Below, one piece after another: positions 11,593-25,969 of a stretch of 64,000 nt of DNA (the first letter of the stretch is position 1; each line of letters begins with the position of its first letter). The notes under the pieces were generated by a model. The model ran no database searches. It had not been told where the DNA came from and was given only the letters and a program-made list of their open reading frames with translations. The DNA is taken from positions 97,588,001 to 97,652,000 of the forward strand of contig OZ024741.1 in the NCBI GenBank assembly GCA_964016885.1. Reading direction: 5' to 3'. The position numbers and the translations under genes are program-made. The DNA is from Eledone cirrhosa (taxonomy: Eukaryota).

Positions 11593-12958
11593 GATGCGGA
11601 CGGTATCTGAGGACACATGCATTTTTAGTCATTATTTTATTTGAGGTTAACTTTGCCTTTCATCCTTACGAGGTCAATAAAATAAAGTACCAGTAATCCA
11701 CTGGATAATTGCTGGCCCTGTGTCAAAAGTAGAAACAATTATTTTATTTGACTAATTTTTAATGAACTTTTATTTCAGAGAATAACAATGAAAATAACTA
11801 TGCTTACTAATGAAATGAAAAGGCATGTTTTAATTGTGGTTTTGGAGGCTAAGGATCGTGATTTAGAAATTTCTCGTTTTCTGAAAGTTACCAGATCTTT
11901 TGTCCGCATGATTCTGTGTGAGTTAGAGAAAGAAGATGGAAGCGTATTACCCGTATCAAAACGTAAACAAACATTCCAAATGCTCTGATTCTATCAGGAT
12001 ACCTGAATTTATTCACCAAGTTAAGCAAAACATTGATGACAATCCAGGAAAATCAATGAGGTCAATTGCAAAGAATTTTGGTGTGTCATAAAAAACAATC
12101 AGAAATGTTGTGCATGAAGACATCAGATACAAATCTTACGTGTTGAGGAGAGGTCAAATCATGTCAGAAAAAACAAAAGAAAACCGTTTAATCAGATCCA
12201 AAAGGCTTTTGAACAAACTTAAAAATCCATCAGAAGATGGTGTGATTTATTTTTTCTCAGATGAGAAAAACTTTGACCAGGATCAGAAAACTAACAGAGG
12301 AAATGATAGGTGGCTATGTGCTGACCCTTCTGAAGTACCAAGAGCGATGCACACAAAATTTCCAGCAAGTGTCGTGGTTTTCGGTGACGTTAGCAATGAA
12401 GGACTTGTGATCCTCTTTTTGTTCCACAAGGCCTTAGGGTGAATGCTGCTGCATATATTGAGGTTCTGGATAAAGTTGGTAAGCCTTGGATCAATAGTGT
12501 ATGCAATGGATGGCCTTATGTATTTCAACAAGATTCTGCACCATCACACAAGGTTCAAATGACACAAGAATGGATGGCTGTAAAATTGAATGATCACATC
12601 ACCCCAAACATTTGGTCTCCTAATTCTCCAGATCCCAATCCACTGGGCTACAATGTATGGAGCATCGTTGAGAAAAATGTCAATGAACACCCCCATAGTA
12701 CCAACGATTCTTTGAAAATCGCAATAGTTCGAGTCTGTCCGATATGAACAAGGACTACTTAAGCCGAGCTTGTAAACGATTTCAACCGCACGTAGAGGTA
12801 GTTATTGATGCTTGTGGTGGTTTTATTGAATGAAATTATTAAATTAATAATTTAGCTTTATGTTTATGTTATTTTCGTAAAGAATATAGTTTTTCTCTAT
12901 TATTATATAAGCGTTTTTTAAAACCATAAATCTGTCCTCAAATACCATCTGGAGCCTG
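11590..12958 (+). mobile_element. Tc1/mariner superfamily DD37D (maT) transposon, defective
   Basis: TA TSDs; imperfect TIRs CAGGATGCGGACGGTATCTGAGGACA / CAGGCTCCAGATGGTATTTGAGGACA. Broken ORF (~11788-12830) has FFSDEKNF, FQQDSAPSH and WSPNSPDPNPLGY, with 37 residues between the second D and the third catalytic position (here G). Confidence 0.9.
11645..11737 (+). mobile_element. 5'-truncated SINE inserted in the maT 5' region
   Basis: Core GGTTAACTTTGCCTTTCATCCTTACGAGGTC...; 14-bp TSD ATTATTTTATTTGA at 11631-11644 and 11738-11751. Confidence 0.9.
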
Positions 12959-14610
12959 TATATAAACGTGTATATATGTGTGTGTTTGTCTGTATGTATA
13001 TATATATATGTGTATATATACACAGTTCAAGAGTAACCAATCTTAAAGAGAGAGATGGAGATATGAGATATGCTATTTGCAAATGAGGAGATATTTATAA
13101 ACCATGCAGCATATTATAATAAGGTTCTTTCTGAATCTGGTTATGAACAGTACATTTACTACATATCTAAGTGCCATAACACAGCAATCCACCACAACCA
13201 TAATAAACTTAACACTAGAACTAGAAATACCTTAGCATATAGCCAGATTCGCCTGAATTTTACCAGTAACAGCACTTATGCAGGGATTCTTAATGGTGGC
13301 AGTGGCCTGCTTCCCACTCCAAGTAGCAAACTAAAAAATCAACCCTAGAATAGGAATGAGCAAGGGGATGACAAATAACAAATGTCCAGGTAATAATAAC
13401 CCTATGAAGGCCCCTACCAACACCACTAGAAACCCTAGAAAGAATAGGCCTAGAAATATCACCTGGCTTAACCACCCATTCTCATTTAATATAATATAGC
13501 CACTAATATCCCTAAACGTTTCTTCTCTATCCTATCTAAACACCCCCAACCATAGATATTACAAACTCTTTAATAAAAATAACATTAAAATCTCATTCTC
13601 CACAACACCTAACCTAGCTAGCCACATCGCATTCAGTAACCACCATAAACTAAGACAGTATAACTCCCACCATGCCGTACCACCACCCCCATCAAATACA
13701 CCACGCCAATACAGCAATACTTACTCTAGGAGCAGACCCCCTGCCATCTAATCCTTCTAGCACTGACCAACCGCTTAGGTTAAACAACCCTACTCTCACT
13801 AACCGCAGAAGTAACTGCAACTGCCGTTACCCTAATGCATGTCCACTAAATCCACATTGCCTGACACCCAACATTGTCTATAAGTGCACGGTTAAAACTG
13901 CTTCGCATACCAGCTCCTACATCGGGTCTACCTCTAACCCTTTTAAGGTACGCTATAACGCGCACTCTTTTTGCTTCCGAGACCCTAACAACAGATGTTC
14001 GACATCTCTAGCTAGGCTCATTAAAAACATTAAATTAACCAATATTGAACACTCACTAACATGGGAAATCTTGGCTAGGGCCCAGCCGTTCAATGGACGA
14101 AAGATTTTGTGACCTCTGTCTTACCGAAGCATATTACATAACTCTATCACGACCTCTACCGATTAAAGATAGAACGGCGGTAACTATTAGCTGTCAACAT
14201 CGAAGGGCTAACTCCTTCGCCAACAGAACATTTGACCCAACATAGTCACCTAGCCCCATTTTTACTTGTAGCTAATAAGTTAAATAGCTATAACTAACTT
14301 AGATAATTATCAGTTACCTCCCTTACATTGTCTCTCAATTAAAAAAAAAAATTAGCATTTAACTATAAACAACCCACAATTTCTAATCTCTCAGGAGTTA
14401 CTTCTCCTGAAACCACCCTCTAATTAGTAACGTAAATATATCCATTGACGGCCATATTGTTACCCATAGGCAGATCTCACACAATGCAGTCTCGACAGAA
14501 GAATACTGATCGACTATGGTAGACAATTGATATACCCAGGACACCATAGTGAAATACCAATATGTGGAACATTACATTTATGTAACATTCTTTCCTTATA
14601 TTAATTTATA

Positions 14611-14734
14611 ATCCTTTTGAAGTTCCGATGAGCTGCTTTATCTTTACCTATGTTAATTATTTTCAACTGAACCAGATATATAATCATGTGATCCAGAAAT
14701 ATTATATGGAGTAGCGAAACAATTGTAAACGGAT
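14611..14734 (+). ncRNA. Type I hammerhead in PLE 3' UTR (core CCGATGA, long stem II insert)
   Basis: ATCC...GTT-CCGATGA-GCTGCT...AGTAGC-GAAA-CAATTG-TA^AAC-GGAT; palindromic stem III. Confidence 0.65.
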
Positions 14735-14755
14735 ATTATTATTATTCTCTACAGT

Positions 14756-14865
14756 TCAAATCCCGCCGAGGTTAACTTTGCCTTTCATCCTTACGAGGTC
14801 GATAAAGTAAAGTACCAGTAATGTACAGGATAATTGCTGGTCTTGTGTCTAAAGTAGAAACAATA
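14756..14865 (+). mobile_element. 5'-truncated SINE
   Basis: B-box remnant TCAAATCCC plus core; 15-bp TSD ATTATTCTCTACAGT at 14741-14755 and 14866-14880. Confidence 0.9.
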
Positions 14866-14962
14866 ATTATTCTCTACAGTCCTTACATCAAACTAAAATA
14901 TGTTGACAATCTTTTAATAATGTCTTCCTTGTGAAATTTGTGGTCTTGTTTTGCTCAACTAA

Positions 14963-15005
<43 letters not shown>

Positions 15006-15088
15006 GTTATTCCGGGTTGAATCGGAGGTAACCACAGTAAGTAAGGTACTCAATACATAGCAGAGTATAAAAAGTTTTAATATAGATG

Positions 15089-15139
15089 AGATTCTACAGG
15101 ACTAGAACTGTTTCATTCTTTAGAAATCATCAGGAATCT
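15089..15139 (-). ncRNA. Canonical type I hammerhead ribozyme (sense to the PLE ORF)
   Basis: Reverse complement reads AGATTC-CTGATGA-TTTCTAAAGAAT-GAAA-CAG ttctagtc CTG-TA^GAATCT. Confidence 0.85.
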
Positions 15140-15599
15140 GGGTATCAAAAAATAAAAATGGTATTTATAGGTCTCTACAAGTGGTAGGAGAGGGTGGGAG
15201 TGGGATGGGTGTAGGTCATTGGTTGATAGAAAAGGGAATTCATTAAAAGCTAATTCTACAAAGCTATAGTTTATTTTTATTTTTATTTATATTTATTTAT
15301 GTTTTTAGAGTAACAAAGGCTGACAGAATTCTATAAACAGGTTCCGGATGGCATACCATTCCTTGTCATTAAGTTTCTCTTAAGCTAACATATGTCTATA
15401 AGATCAGTGGGGGGTCAGTCATGATAGAAAGAATTAAAGAAAAGGGAGATTCTTTAAAAGCTAAAATCATTAAGGTTCTACTAAGTGACAAAGGTTTAGA
15501 GAATTCTGTAGACAGATTCAAAATACTGAGTGCATATCTTACAATTATCTTCGAACTTCTCTTAAACTAATCAACTATATGCCAAAAATCAACAGACAC

Positions 15600-15725
15600 A
15601 TTCACAAAAAAACACACTCACTCACACACTCACGCGCAACCATAAACACACATAAACATACACATATACACACATAAACACACACACACATATATATAAA
15701 TATATTCATATACATACATATACAT

Positions 15726-15816
<91 letters not shown>

Positions 15817-16030
15817 TATACATACACACACACATACATATATATAAACACACACACACATATATACACCTATAAAAATACACTCACACACATACATACA
15901 AACACAAATATACATGTGTATACATATACACATAAAGACACATAGATATATACACATATATATATATATATATAGATAGATAGATACATAAACAAATATA
16001 TACATATACACATATATAAGGAAAAAGCAC

Positions 16031-16078
<48 letters not shown>

Positions 16079-16130
16079 GAGAGAGAGAGAGATACACCAT
16101 TCATACATATATTCATATATATATATACAC

Positions 16131-16215
<85 letters not shown>

Positions 16216-16316
16216 TATATATAAATATATATATACACACATACACACATATACATACACATATACACATACACATACACATACATACATATATACACAA
16301 ATACATACACATATAT

Positions 16317-16349
<33 letters not shown>

Positions 16350-16506
16350 GGAACCAGTAAGACCCCGACAGCTGAGCTCAAGCCGTTTCGACGGCTAATT
16401 CTGGACTGTCGGGGTCTTACTGGTTCCTATTACCCACTCTACTACCTCAAGTATTGAGTACTTTGGTGCGTTATGGTCCACCTGGTTCCTTACCACATTT
16501 CCTTCG

Positions 16507-16555
<49 letters not shown>

Positions 16556-16598
16556 AATATATATATATATATAAATAAATATACACACACATACATAC

Positions 16599-16643
<45 letters not shown>

Positions 16644-16678
16644 AATAGATATACAAACATACACATACACATATATAT

Positions 16679-16722
<44 letters not shown>

Positions 16723-16809
16723 GCACATATATATATATATACATACATATACATACATATACACACACATATATATACACACACACACACACACATACAC
16801 ATGCATATG

Positions 16810-16864
<55 letters not shown>

Positions 16865-17043
16865 ATATATATACATATATATGGATATATATACATATAT
16901 ACACATACATACACAGACCTATACATAAATATACACATATATACGGACATATAACACATATATACACACATATATATACACGCATACACACACACACACA
17001 CACACGCACAAATATATATACACACTCTCTCTCACGCACATAT

Positions 17044-17136
<93 letters not shown>

Positions 17137-17187
17137 TATATACACACACCTGCCCACACACACATATATAAATACACACACACACAT

Positions 17188-17260
<73 letters not shown>

Positions 17261-17410
17261 TACACACACATATATACATACATACATACATACACATACA
17301 CATACATACATAAAAATACACACATAAAACACATATACACACATACATATATATATATATATATACACATACACATACATATACACACATACAAACAAAT
17401 ATATACACAT
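15600..17410. repeat. ~1.8-kb compound (TA)n/(CA)n/(TACA)n low-complexity tract
   Basis: Directly visible; the source of the many YI/VC/HT artefact ORFs. Confidence 0.95.
16348..16509 (+). mobile_element. Mini foldback element family A, nested in a TA run
   Basis: Almost identical to 32803-33007 but with part of the second arm deleted. Tail ends CCTTCGTTA-(TA)n. Confidence 0.85.
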
Positions 17411-17591
17411 ACAAATAAATAAGTACTCAATAAATATACGCATATACGCAGGCACATAAAAACACCTCTACAGGCAGAACATGTAGATAGGAAGGAGGTA
17501 CTCACATAACCATAGTGGCCGTATTTCAGGTTGAGGAGGGGTGGGGGTAGGGTGGGGAGGAGGTATAGGGGCCAATAGGGGGAGGTCATTT

Positions 17592-18039
17592 TTAGCCATC
17601 GGGCTTTAACACTGGCTTAAAGTGTTTGAAAGTTGCAATGTTCTTGTGCATGCAGTTCGGGCAGTGTTCAGAGAGTTTGTTCAGTAGCGGGCCCTTGGCG
17701 AATAAAATTTCGTAGCTCTCTGAAATACAAAGGTCGCAGCCCTTGTGTCCTCCGTTGTAAGAGCGCGCTTTCTGGAGTATTTTCCATTTAAGCGTGAAGG
17801 GGGTGGAGTTCCTTTTGAGGTCCCAAACGTAGGAGGCGAGTGTTGTCTGATTTGATTTGTCCGGTCCTCTGAAGGAGTGGGTATGGGAATACCAACGGGT
17901 CTTAAAGTTGTTGGAGGTCATGCCGATGTAAGTTTTTTTGCAATCCTCGGTGCCTGAGATGACATCGCATTTCTATACGATATCATTAGTGAGGCATTTG
18001 TTTTCAAGTGGGCATGCTTCCTTATTTAGGCAATTACAT
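17592..18039 (-). pseudogene. PLE GIY-YIG endonuclease domain fragment
   Basis: CNCLNKEACPLENKCLTNDIV*KC...TYIGMTSNNFKTRWYSH...LASYVWDLK...CDLCISE...LLNKLSE...CMH; homologous to 13672-14220 and 27480-27943. Confidence 0.9.
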
Positions 18040-18460
18040 AGAGCCCCAGATAATTGTAAGATATGCACTCAGTATTTTGAATCTGTCTACAGAATTCTCT
18101 AAACCTTTGTCACTTAGTAGAACCTTAATGATTTTAGCTTTTAAAGAATCTCCCTTTTCTTTAATTCTTTCTACCATGACTGACCCCCCACTGATCTTAT
18201 AGACATATGTTAGCTTAAGAGAAACTTAATGACAAGGAATGGTATGCCATCCGGAACCTGTTTATAGAATTCTGTCTGCCTTTGTTACTCTAAAAACATA
18301 AATAAATATAAATAAAAATAAAAATAAACCATAGCTTTGTAGAATTAGCTTTTAATGAATTCCCTTTTCTATCAACCAATGACCTACACCCATCCCACTC
18401 CCCCCCCCTCTCCTACCACTTGTAGAGACCTATAAATACCATTTTTATTTTTTGATACCC

Positions 18461-18511
18461 AGATTCCTGATGATTTCTAAAGAATGAAACAGTTCTAGTC
18501 CTGTAGAATCT
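18461..18511 (+). ncRNA. Canonical type I hammerhead ribozyme (inverted pLTR copy)
   Basis: AGATTC-CTGATGA-T TTCT aa AGAA T-GAAA-CAG..CTG-TA^GAATCT; stems I and III pair perfectly. Confidence 0.85.
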
Positions 18512-19224
18512 CATCTATATTAAAATATATATATATATATATATATGAATTCGGTTTTAACTCACTGTTTTATTTGTACTGGTATATAAATACTGCACTT
18601 GATAGAACAGTGTTGAATTGTTTCATTTATATGAAGTATGTTGTTTGTCCAAATATAGAGCATAATATCACATAATATTTGCAAATGATTCTGTTTATTT
18701 CTGTCAACAACGTTTTACCTCATTTACAAGTGGCTGATACGACATTACTTTCTAAACATGATCATATTATATTAATCAAATTTATTACTTCGATTTGATT
18801 ACAAGTTTCTGAGAGGTCAATTGAAATAGGTCGTATGAACTTCATTAAGATATTCGATGTGATTTTGTTACTGATGACTGGTTATTATTTAATAATTGAC
18901 ATTAATTACCATCTTATAAGGTAAGCATACTCTCTCGCTCACATTTGTTCCTTATGTTCCACATTTTTCATTTATTCTATCAAATTATCTTTCCATATTC
19001 CATCTCCTTTCATTATTAGACCAGGACTGAGCATTTACGCTGAAACGTGTAAAACATGAAATTAATATGATTGTAACAAACCAATTACACATCGAAGGAG
19101 AATACACCATTAAGATATGCATTGATTTATTATCAATAATACTACTGTTATATGGTCCAATTACTTGTAACAGTCTTACATCTCATCATCGGCACAGTAT
19201 ACGAACAATATGAATATATAATAT

Positions 19225-19368
<144 letters not shown>

Positions 19369-19369
19369 A

Positions 19370-20620
19370 ATATTTGTATCCGGCTCGACCTGTGGATGAG
19401 ATAACCTCGGTCGATTTCCATCGGGCTGAATTCTTTACTGGCTGTGAGAGTGGGAAACAGAACATATGCCTTCGGTTGCAAAAACATTACACCCGCTATT
19501 ATGTTTACTTTCTTGCTTACTGGCAAGTTTGCCCTCTCATATTGTATTGCAGCACTATTGAAAACCCTGTCCTGTCATACACACCGTTTATTACCTTCTT
19601 AAATTTAGAGTTAACTAGAAAAATTTGTAGTTCTCTGCCTTTGATGACATCTACAAAATAATCTTGTTGAATACAATGCTTTTCGAACAACACTAATAAC
19701 ATTTCCTGGGCCTAAGTAAAATATATCACAGCATGTGCCACATTCATTTCACCGAATGACAACTAACATCTCCCTTAGCAGTCCTTGGGCTCCAATATTT
19801 ACTACCTTGTCTGCTCAGAAGTCCAAAATCAACTCTGACGATGTCTTGCTGAAGTCAAAATCTATATAATCTGTATTAGAATGCTCTCTGAATGGTTTTA
19901 GAATATTACCAGTGTTATTCACAAGATATTTTAAGCAGAACTTCCCACCGCAAAAAGCATACACTGGGATCATTGAGATTGTTCCTTACTTATGTATTTT
20001 GTAAATTATTCATTTTTATATCCGCAGCACTTGGCTATTTTTTCTGATTTTAATGTCATCTTAATTACATTAATAATATGATTTATCAGTAACCACGGGC
20101 AACATTCCATGTAAAAAAACTTATCTTCCTTTTCGAAAACTGACATATTATGCTGGGAAGGAAATGTTTATTTGTACAATGTCCGTCTAGTGATTTCATC
20201 CAAGGTTTAAGTAGAATGGAAATATAATCATATCGGCGTTCCTTCCGAACATTAGCGGGAAATATAACGGGAATTATAAATGCCGAGTCGTCTGAAGATT
20301 TGTTTAGGGCCCCAATTTTATGTTGGAAGCAGCAACCTATAAGGCGAGGTTTTGCTATTATTTCGTCCACACTGCACATGTTACCGACATTGAAAGCATT
20401 GAATGATGATACAATGTTGCTTCTGTTTAATCTCGCTCATGTTGAAGTGTAGTTTGAGTATATGTTGGTGACATTATCAACAAAGACCTACCAGAAACCT
20501 TAGATATGAGTGGAAATACGTTTAAATATCCACATCTGAAGTGTGCAGTTCTATACCAGTTTTTCAATATCCAGATACATGATGTCAAATATTCAGGTTG
20601 GGTTGAGGCTTTAGAATAAA
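19370..20620 (-). pseudogene. Probable highly degenerate piggyBac-like transposase
   Basis: Collinear weak motifs on the minus strand: RFL..FVDN, FNVGNMCSVDE (first D), LLKPW...CTNKHFLPS...KRKISF (TDNFFTS region), NGVYDR...YNMRGQT (GGVD..DQ region), KKV...AYVLF. Ends not identified. Confidence 0.45.
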
Positions 20621-21924
20621 TGTTTGTGCGTTAATAAATTAGTATACTGAACAACATGCGATGGTGAGAAATAAGTGTTTTTAAGATACAGAAACATTTT
20701 TATTGGTGTAGTTAAAAAGTGACTCTAGGGTTTTTTTCTTTGTCAATAACAGCTTTCCATATATCTATGTCCTTTGAATATAAGAAAGATTGAAATCGCT
20801 TACATTAATGTGTTACCCAGGAAGTACTGGCACACAACTCAATTTAGTTTTGTAATTCTATGAAGCACATTAAAGAAGCTAGGGGTGCCCGAATAAAAGC
20901 TTGTGATTACGTATAAAATAAGATCATATATTTTGTGTATGACATGAGTAACACAAATACACAGACATACATTTGAATGTGTCTGTATATATGTGCGTGT
21001 GCGTTAGTGTGTGCATATTTGTGTGTGTGTGTTTGATTGGGTGTGTTGGTATACGTGCATGCAGGCGCGTATGTGTGTATTTCTGCAGCAAAACCAAATT
21101 ATTCACATAAATTGTCATTTCGTTATATTATGAATATTTCCATTGCCATTAAAACATCTTGTTATTCACATAAATACAAAGTTTGAAATGTTCAGTTTTG
21201 TTAGCGTTATTCTTCGATATTCTTCTATTTCTTGGAATATTCTATTTACATGAAATGTAAAGAAACGTGTGTCTATGCAAACAAACTCACACATTATATA
21301 TATATATTATATATATATGTGTGTGTGTGTGTGTTTGTGTGTGAGTGTGTGTGTGAGTGTGTGTGTGTGTGTGTAAATGTGTGTGTGCGAGTGCTTGTAT
21401 ATACTGCATCTGTGAACTGTTGTTAATGGAAGATATATCAGAAGAAAATACCTGTGATCGAATATGAGATACAACACACAATGGAATCAGTTTTGTTTAT
21501 AATATAAGCGCCTGTGAATGGGCTTACGTGCATTTATGCGTGTGTATCTGCGCGCAAACGTATAAATGTATCCGTTTTCGTTTTACATTCTCTAATGATA
21601 CTTTAATATTACTAATGCAGCATCTACCTATCGTCGGATACACCTGACAAGCATCTATTTTTCCAGCAAAATTTAAAAAGCCTCATTTGGCGAATCATGA
21701 GGATAGAGAGAGTTTTAATAAAATAATATATATACCACCGAATTTTACGTATTCAGTCATTTGTTTAACGTTGTTCTTTATACATAACTAAAACGACTTC
21801 CTTCTACCCTGTCTCCTACTTTCCCATTCTCTCTCTCTATATATATATTTACACATCTCTCCCCCTCTCTCTCTGTCTCTATGTCTCTCTGTCTGTCTTT
21901 CTCTCTCTCTCTCCCTCTCTCTCG

Positions 21925-22002
<78 letters not shown>

Positions 22003-23981
22003 GTATATATGTATGCATTTATGTATATATGTACGTACGTATGTATTTATGTACGTACGTATGTAGCTATGAGTGTATGTGTAGAACATGAGAGAGGCAG
22101 ACAGAAAAAAAAACACCGTCGGAAACAGATAGATTGTTCAAGAGATAGATAGAATGATTGAAAGATGAATCAAATGGAAACAACAGATAGATTTACGTAA
22201 GAGAGTTTTAAAAAAAAACGATAACGTCGTGAAGTTTCTTTTGAAACTCTGAAGAGATCCTTTTTGACATTTTCAACATTTCCTATCCATTTGCTATAAA
22301 TATGTCTTTATTTCGAGCTATTGTGCGTAAAAAGCCGATGCTTTTAACCTTCAGAATAAGGACCGAAATGTCATTGAAAGAACAATAATTACTAAAAACT
22401 CAAAAGTGAATAGATATTCCGAAATTTGAAATATTTCGACTAATGTTATATTTTGACATATTCCCGAAACAGCTTGTCCGGTAAGCACACGTTTTATGTA
22501 ACTAATGTGTAGCGTTACGTCATCTTAATATATTTTAATCGTTGATGGCTAGCAATAGAGCATGAATGACTGCGATATCGACTTTATCAATATCAATGCA
22601 CATGATTTGATAGTATCTAAAGAGCAATATATAATCTAGCGGAGAAAAAGTCTCTGTAAAGCGATTTTGAAGAACATTCCAAGTCAATAAATTTCGTTTC
22701 TTGCAGGTAAAGTAGCTCCTCCCTTTTATTCTGGCGCTTGTACAACAGAAAGCAATATACTAAGAAATGCATACACGAACTTAACGATCCCTAATGAAGT
22801 GAAATAAGTTTCATTACGACGCGAGTATACAGGATACTGGTGTGTGTTAGAAGGGAACAGCTAATACTATGTGGGACGTTGCTAGACTGCTGAATGTGGA
22901 AATTGTTATCATAGGTAAAAAGAAAGATATGATATCTTCAAAGGTATATCGTTCTCAAATGTATGAATTAAATTAGATTTATCATTATGATAACTATTGT
23001 GATATAAATCCTGTTGCAAGCATAAAAAATTCAAGATTTTAATGAAAATTTATCGAATATGGGATGCAGTAGAGGGTGAGTATAATTTGAAGTACTTTGT
23101 TAACCTCAGAATGAATTGGTGTTGTAACGGTTACTCTAGTTTACTTAGTTTGACTAAAAAGAGAAACTTTCGTGAAAAAACGATATAAATCAATACAGTA
23201 TACCTCTGAGAATATTAGTTATTACAATTTATTAATATGCAATGCAATGTGGGTAAGTTTTAGCAATATGAATTATAGCATAATCGTTCCTGGGATACTA
23301 TCGTGAGGTTTCGTTTAAATGATAGTGCGAGAATTTTGAATGACCAGATATTAGGCTGAGGCTTAATAATTATTGGAATTAATTTAATAGGAATGTCTGA
23401 TACATTTGTGGATTTCGAATACAGGATTGGAACTGCATTTTAAGATTTCAACATTGGTACCTAACCTATACTTTGTCTGCTAAACATGCTATCTCTTGAC
23501 AGAGATATTAACTTTTTTGAGATCGTCGGCATGATAAATTTCAAGCAGGAGAAAACGCATAATAATGAAATGATAATAATACTACTAATAATAATGATAA
23601 AAAAAGAGGGTGGCTGAGAAGGAGGAGAGGACTGGGTAAAGAAGAAAAAAAGAAGAAAAAATAATAGACAAAGATGTCAATAAATAATAATACTACATAT
23701 CGTATTTTCCTCCATATCAATATTTTTCCCAAGACAAGATTCTTCTAGCTATATTCTCAAATCATCGTAGAGAGATTCACACACCATCTTTGGATGCAAA
23801 TGTCGTCTCAAAATCAATTTCCATGGCAGATAAATCTGAATTGTAGGAATACTATATAATGCTGTCGAATTTCTTCAATTATATGTATTCTATCCTCAAT
23901 TGTTTCAGATATTATTCGGATACCAATTTAATGCATCAGGGTATCTTGTTATATTTAATATATTTTACAATTTTTCTTCCC

Positions 23982-24128
23982 AATCATCGAATATATTCCT
24001 TTCGGAGCCTTTATTATTCTGTGTTGTACCTTTTACTGATCATATATAATACTAATCATCGAATATATTCCTTTCGGAGCCTTTATTATTCTGTATTGTA
24101 CCTTTTACTGATCATATATAATACTAAT
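23982..24128. repeat. 72-bp tandem duplication
   Basis: AATCATCGAATATATTCCTTTCGGAGCC... at 23982 and 24054, one visible mismatch. Confidence 0.95.
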
Positions 24129-24223
24129 AAAAAAATAATTACATACCAAATGTATTTGCTCTCTCTCTCTGTCAGCCTCCCCCACTGTCCCACTCTCTCT
24201 ATCTCTCTCGCCCTATCACTCTC

Positions 24224-24266
<43 letters not shown>

Positions 24267-24313
24267 TGAGGTTGCCTCGAATAGTAGATACTATATGGCA
24301 GCTGCAACTTCGA

Positions 24314-24358
<45 letters not shown>

Positions 24359-25107
24359 TATCAAAGGAATCCATGTGAAAAGCAAGTAGTCAGCTCATAT
24401 CGAACTCAGTATGTGCCGTTGTCCCATTGAGAATCTGAGTCCCCAAATCTGTGCGTGCAAGCAACCGCTATGTTGGCCACCAAGGGGCTCTGTGTAGGGT
24501 TGGGTATTTGGATTACGCTGTCAGTATGTGCGATTTCCCTTGGACTTTTAATATATGTTCGTATATGTATATATTTATTCTTTGACCTAGCGTCGGTGTG
24601 TGTGAGTGTGTGTGTACCCACTCACATTAACTGTGACCGACTGTAATTCTACAGATTTGATTGATGTCCAGCGTCTTTTACAGCTATTGGGAGATAGAGA
24701 CATGATAGTTTTATGACCCTAACTGAGGACTATAGGAGTCGCCGTGTTTTGACTGCTTGATCTTCATATGAGGGACTAAACTCTGTGAGTGAACATCGTT
24801 AATTTTCTCCTTCATATCAAGGATTTGAAGACAATTCATTTTCACCTGACGAGATCAGTGATAATCGATCATTGCTACACGATCGATTTATCTCTTATTG
24901 AAACATGTGTCGTGATTAAAATGATTGGAAATGTATACCATGCCTTCGGATTTTTATTTTGAAACAAATACTCCGTTTTCCATCATCTAGCTGTTCCCAT
25001 AAATGGAATTGGAGATATACAAAAACGTGGGGAACATAATATTACGAACAAAAATGTATTGGACCGTTTGACACAACCAATAATACACCTTACTATATAT
25101 ATATATA

Positions 25108-25204
<97 letters not shown>

Positions 25205-25501
25205 TTGTGTGTGTGTGTTTGTGTGTGTGAGTGCGTGTGTAAATGTGTGGATACTATTTCAGAAAAGTATTATTGCAGCATCTATTTAGAAGGTATCAGC
25301 TTACCAACTTCAAAACCAAGAGAGTATATGTTACTCGTGATATAACGATCCTAAAATATCCCTTTGGGATTCTAATACGGTGTCTTGATCATTGCCTAAA
25401 ATATCACAACGAAATTTATATATGTATATTATACATAAAACTATCTTATATACGCTTTCATATACGTCTCTGTTTTGAAACGAGATGAGCTACAGCTACT
25501 A

Positions 25502-25556
<55 letters not shown>

Positions 25557-25849
25557 GCTGCACACACGAACAAACACTAACACAAAAACACTCATATATA
25601 TAAAGCTTTTTACTACAGCATCTAAATATATATTAATATATATTCTAGATACAATTATCAAATAATTTCGGCAGAAACTAGATTTGAGGCTTATAACTTT
25701 CATTTACTCACATATGAAATACTATCCCGTCACAAATATTAATATCACCAATTGATATAACTTTAATAATTAAATTATATTCTATAATATTAATTCCTAT
25801 TTATTAACTACTATTAAATTACAACATTAAATAAAATAAAATGTTATAA

Positions 25850-25911
25850 ATGTTCATATTACTCATAATTATAAATATAAGTTACATGTATATATTATAT
25901 ACATACACACA

Positions 25912-25969
<58 letters not shown>

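Larger units (their letters stand above)
13075..14966 (+). mobile_element. 5'-truncated Penelope-like element (Naiad-like), degenerate
   Basis: NEEIFINHAAYYNKVLSESGY (RT thumb), TWLNHP.., CNCRYPNACPLNPHCLTPNIVYKC...SYIGSTSNPFKVRY (GIY-YIG), frameshifted. Hammerhead in the 3' UTR; ends at (TA)n. Confidence 0.85.
15004..18525 (-). mobile_element. 5'-truncated PLE (family B) with inverted pLTR: GIY-YIG remnant between ~475-bp inverted arms
   Basis: 15075-15550 is the reverse complement of ~18048-18525; tail 15004-15074. GIY-YIG coding at 17592-18039 (-). Hammerheads in both arms; (TA)n flanks. Confidence 0.85.

Noticed and set aside
15602-17589. Long ORFs (up to 339 aa) of YI/VC/HT repeats, also at 9.6, 21.8, 32.6, 47-51 and 54.1 kb
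   Set aside because: Translations of stop-free dinucleotide microsatellites; not genes.
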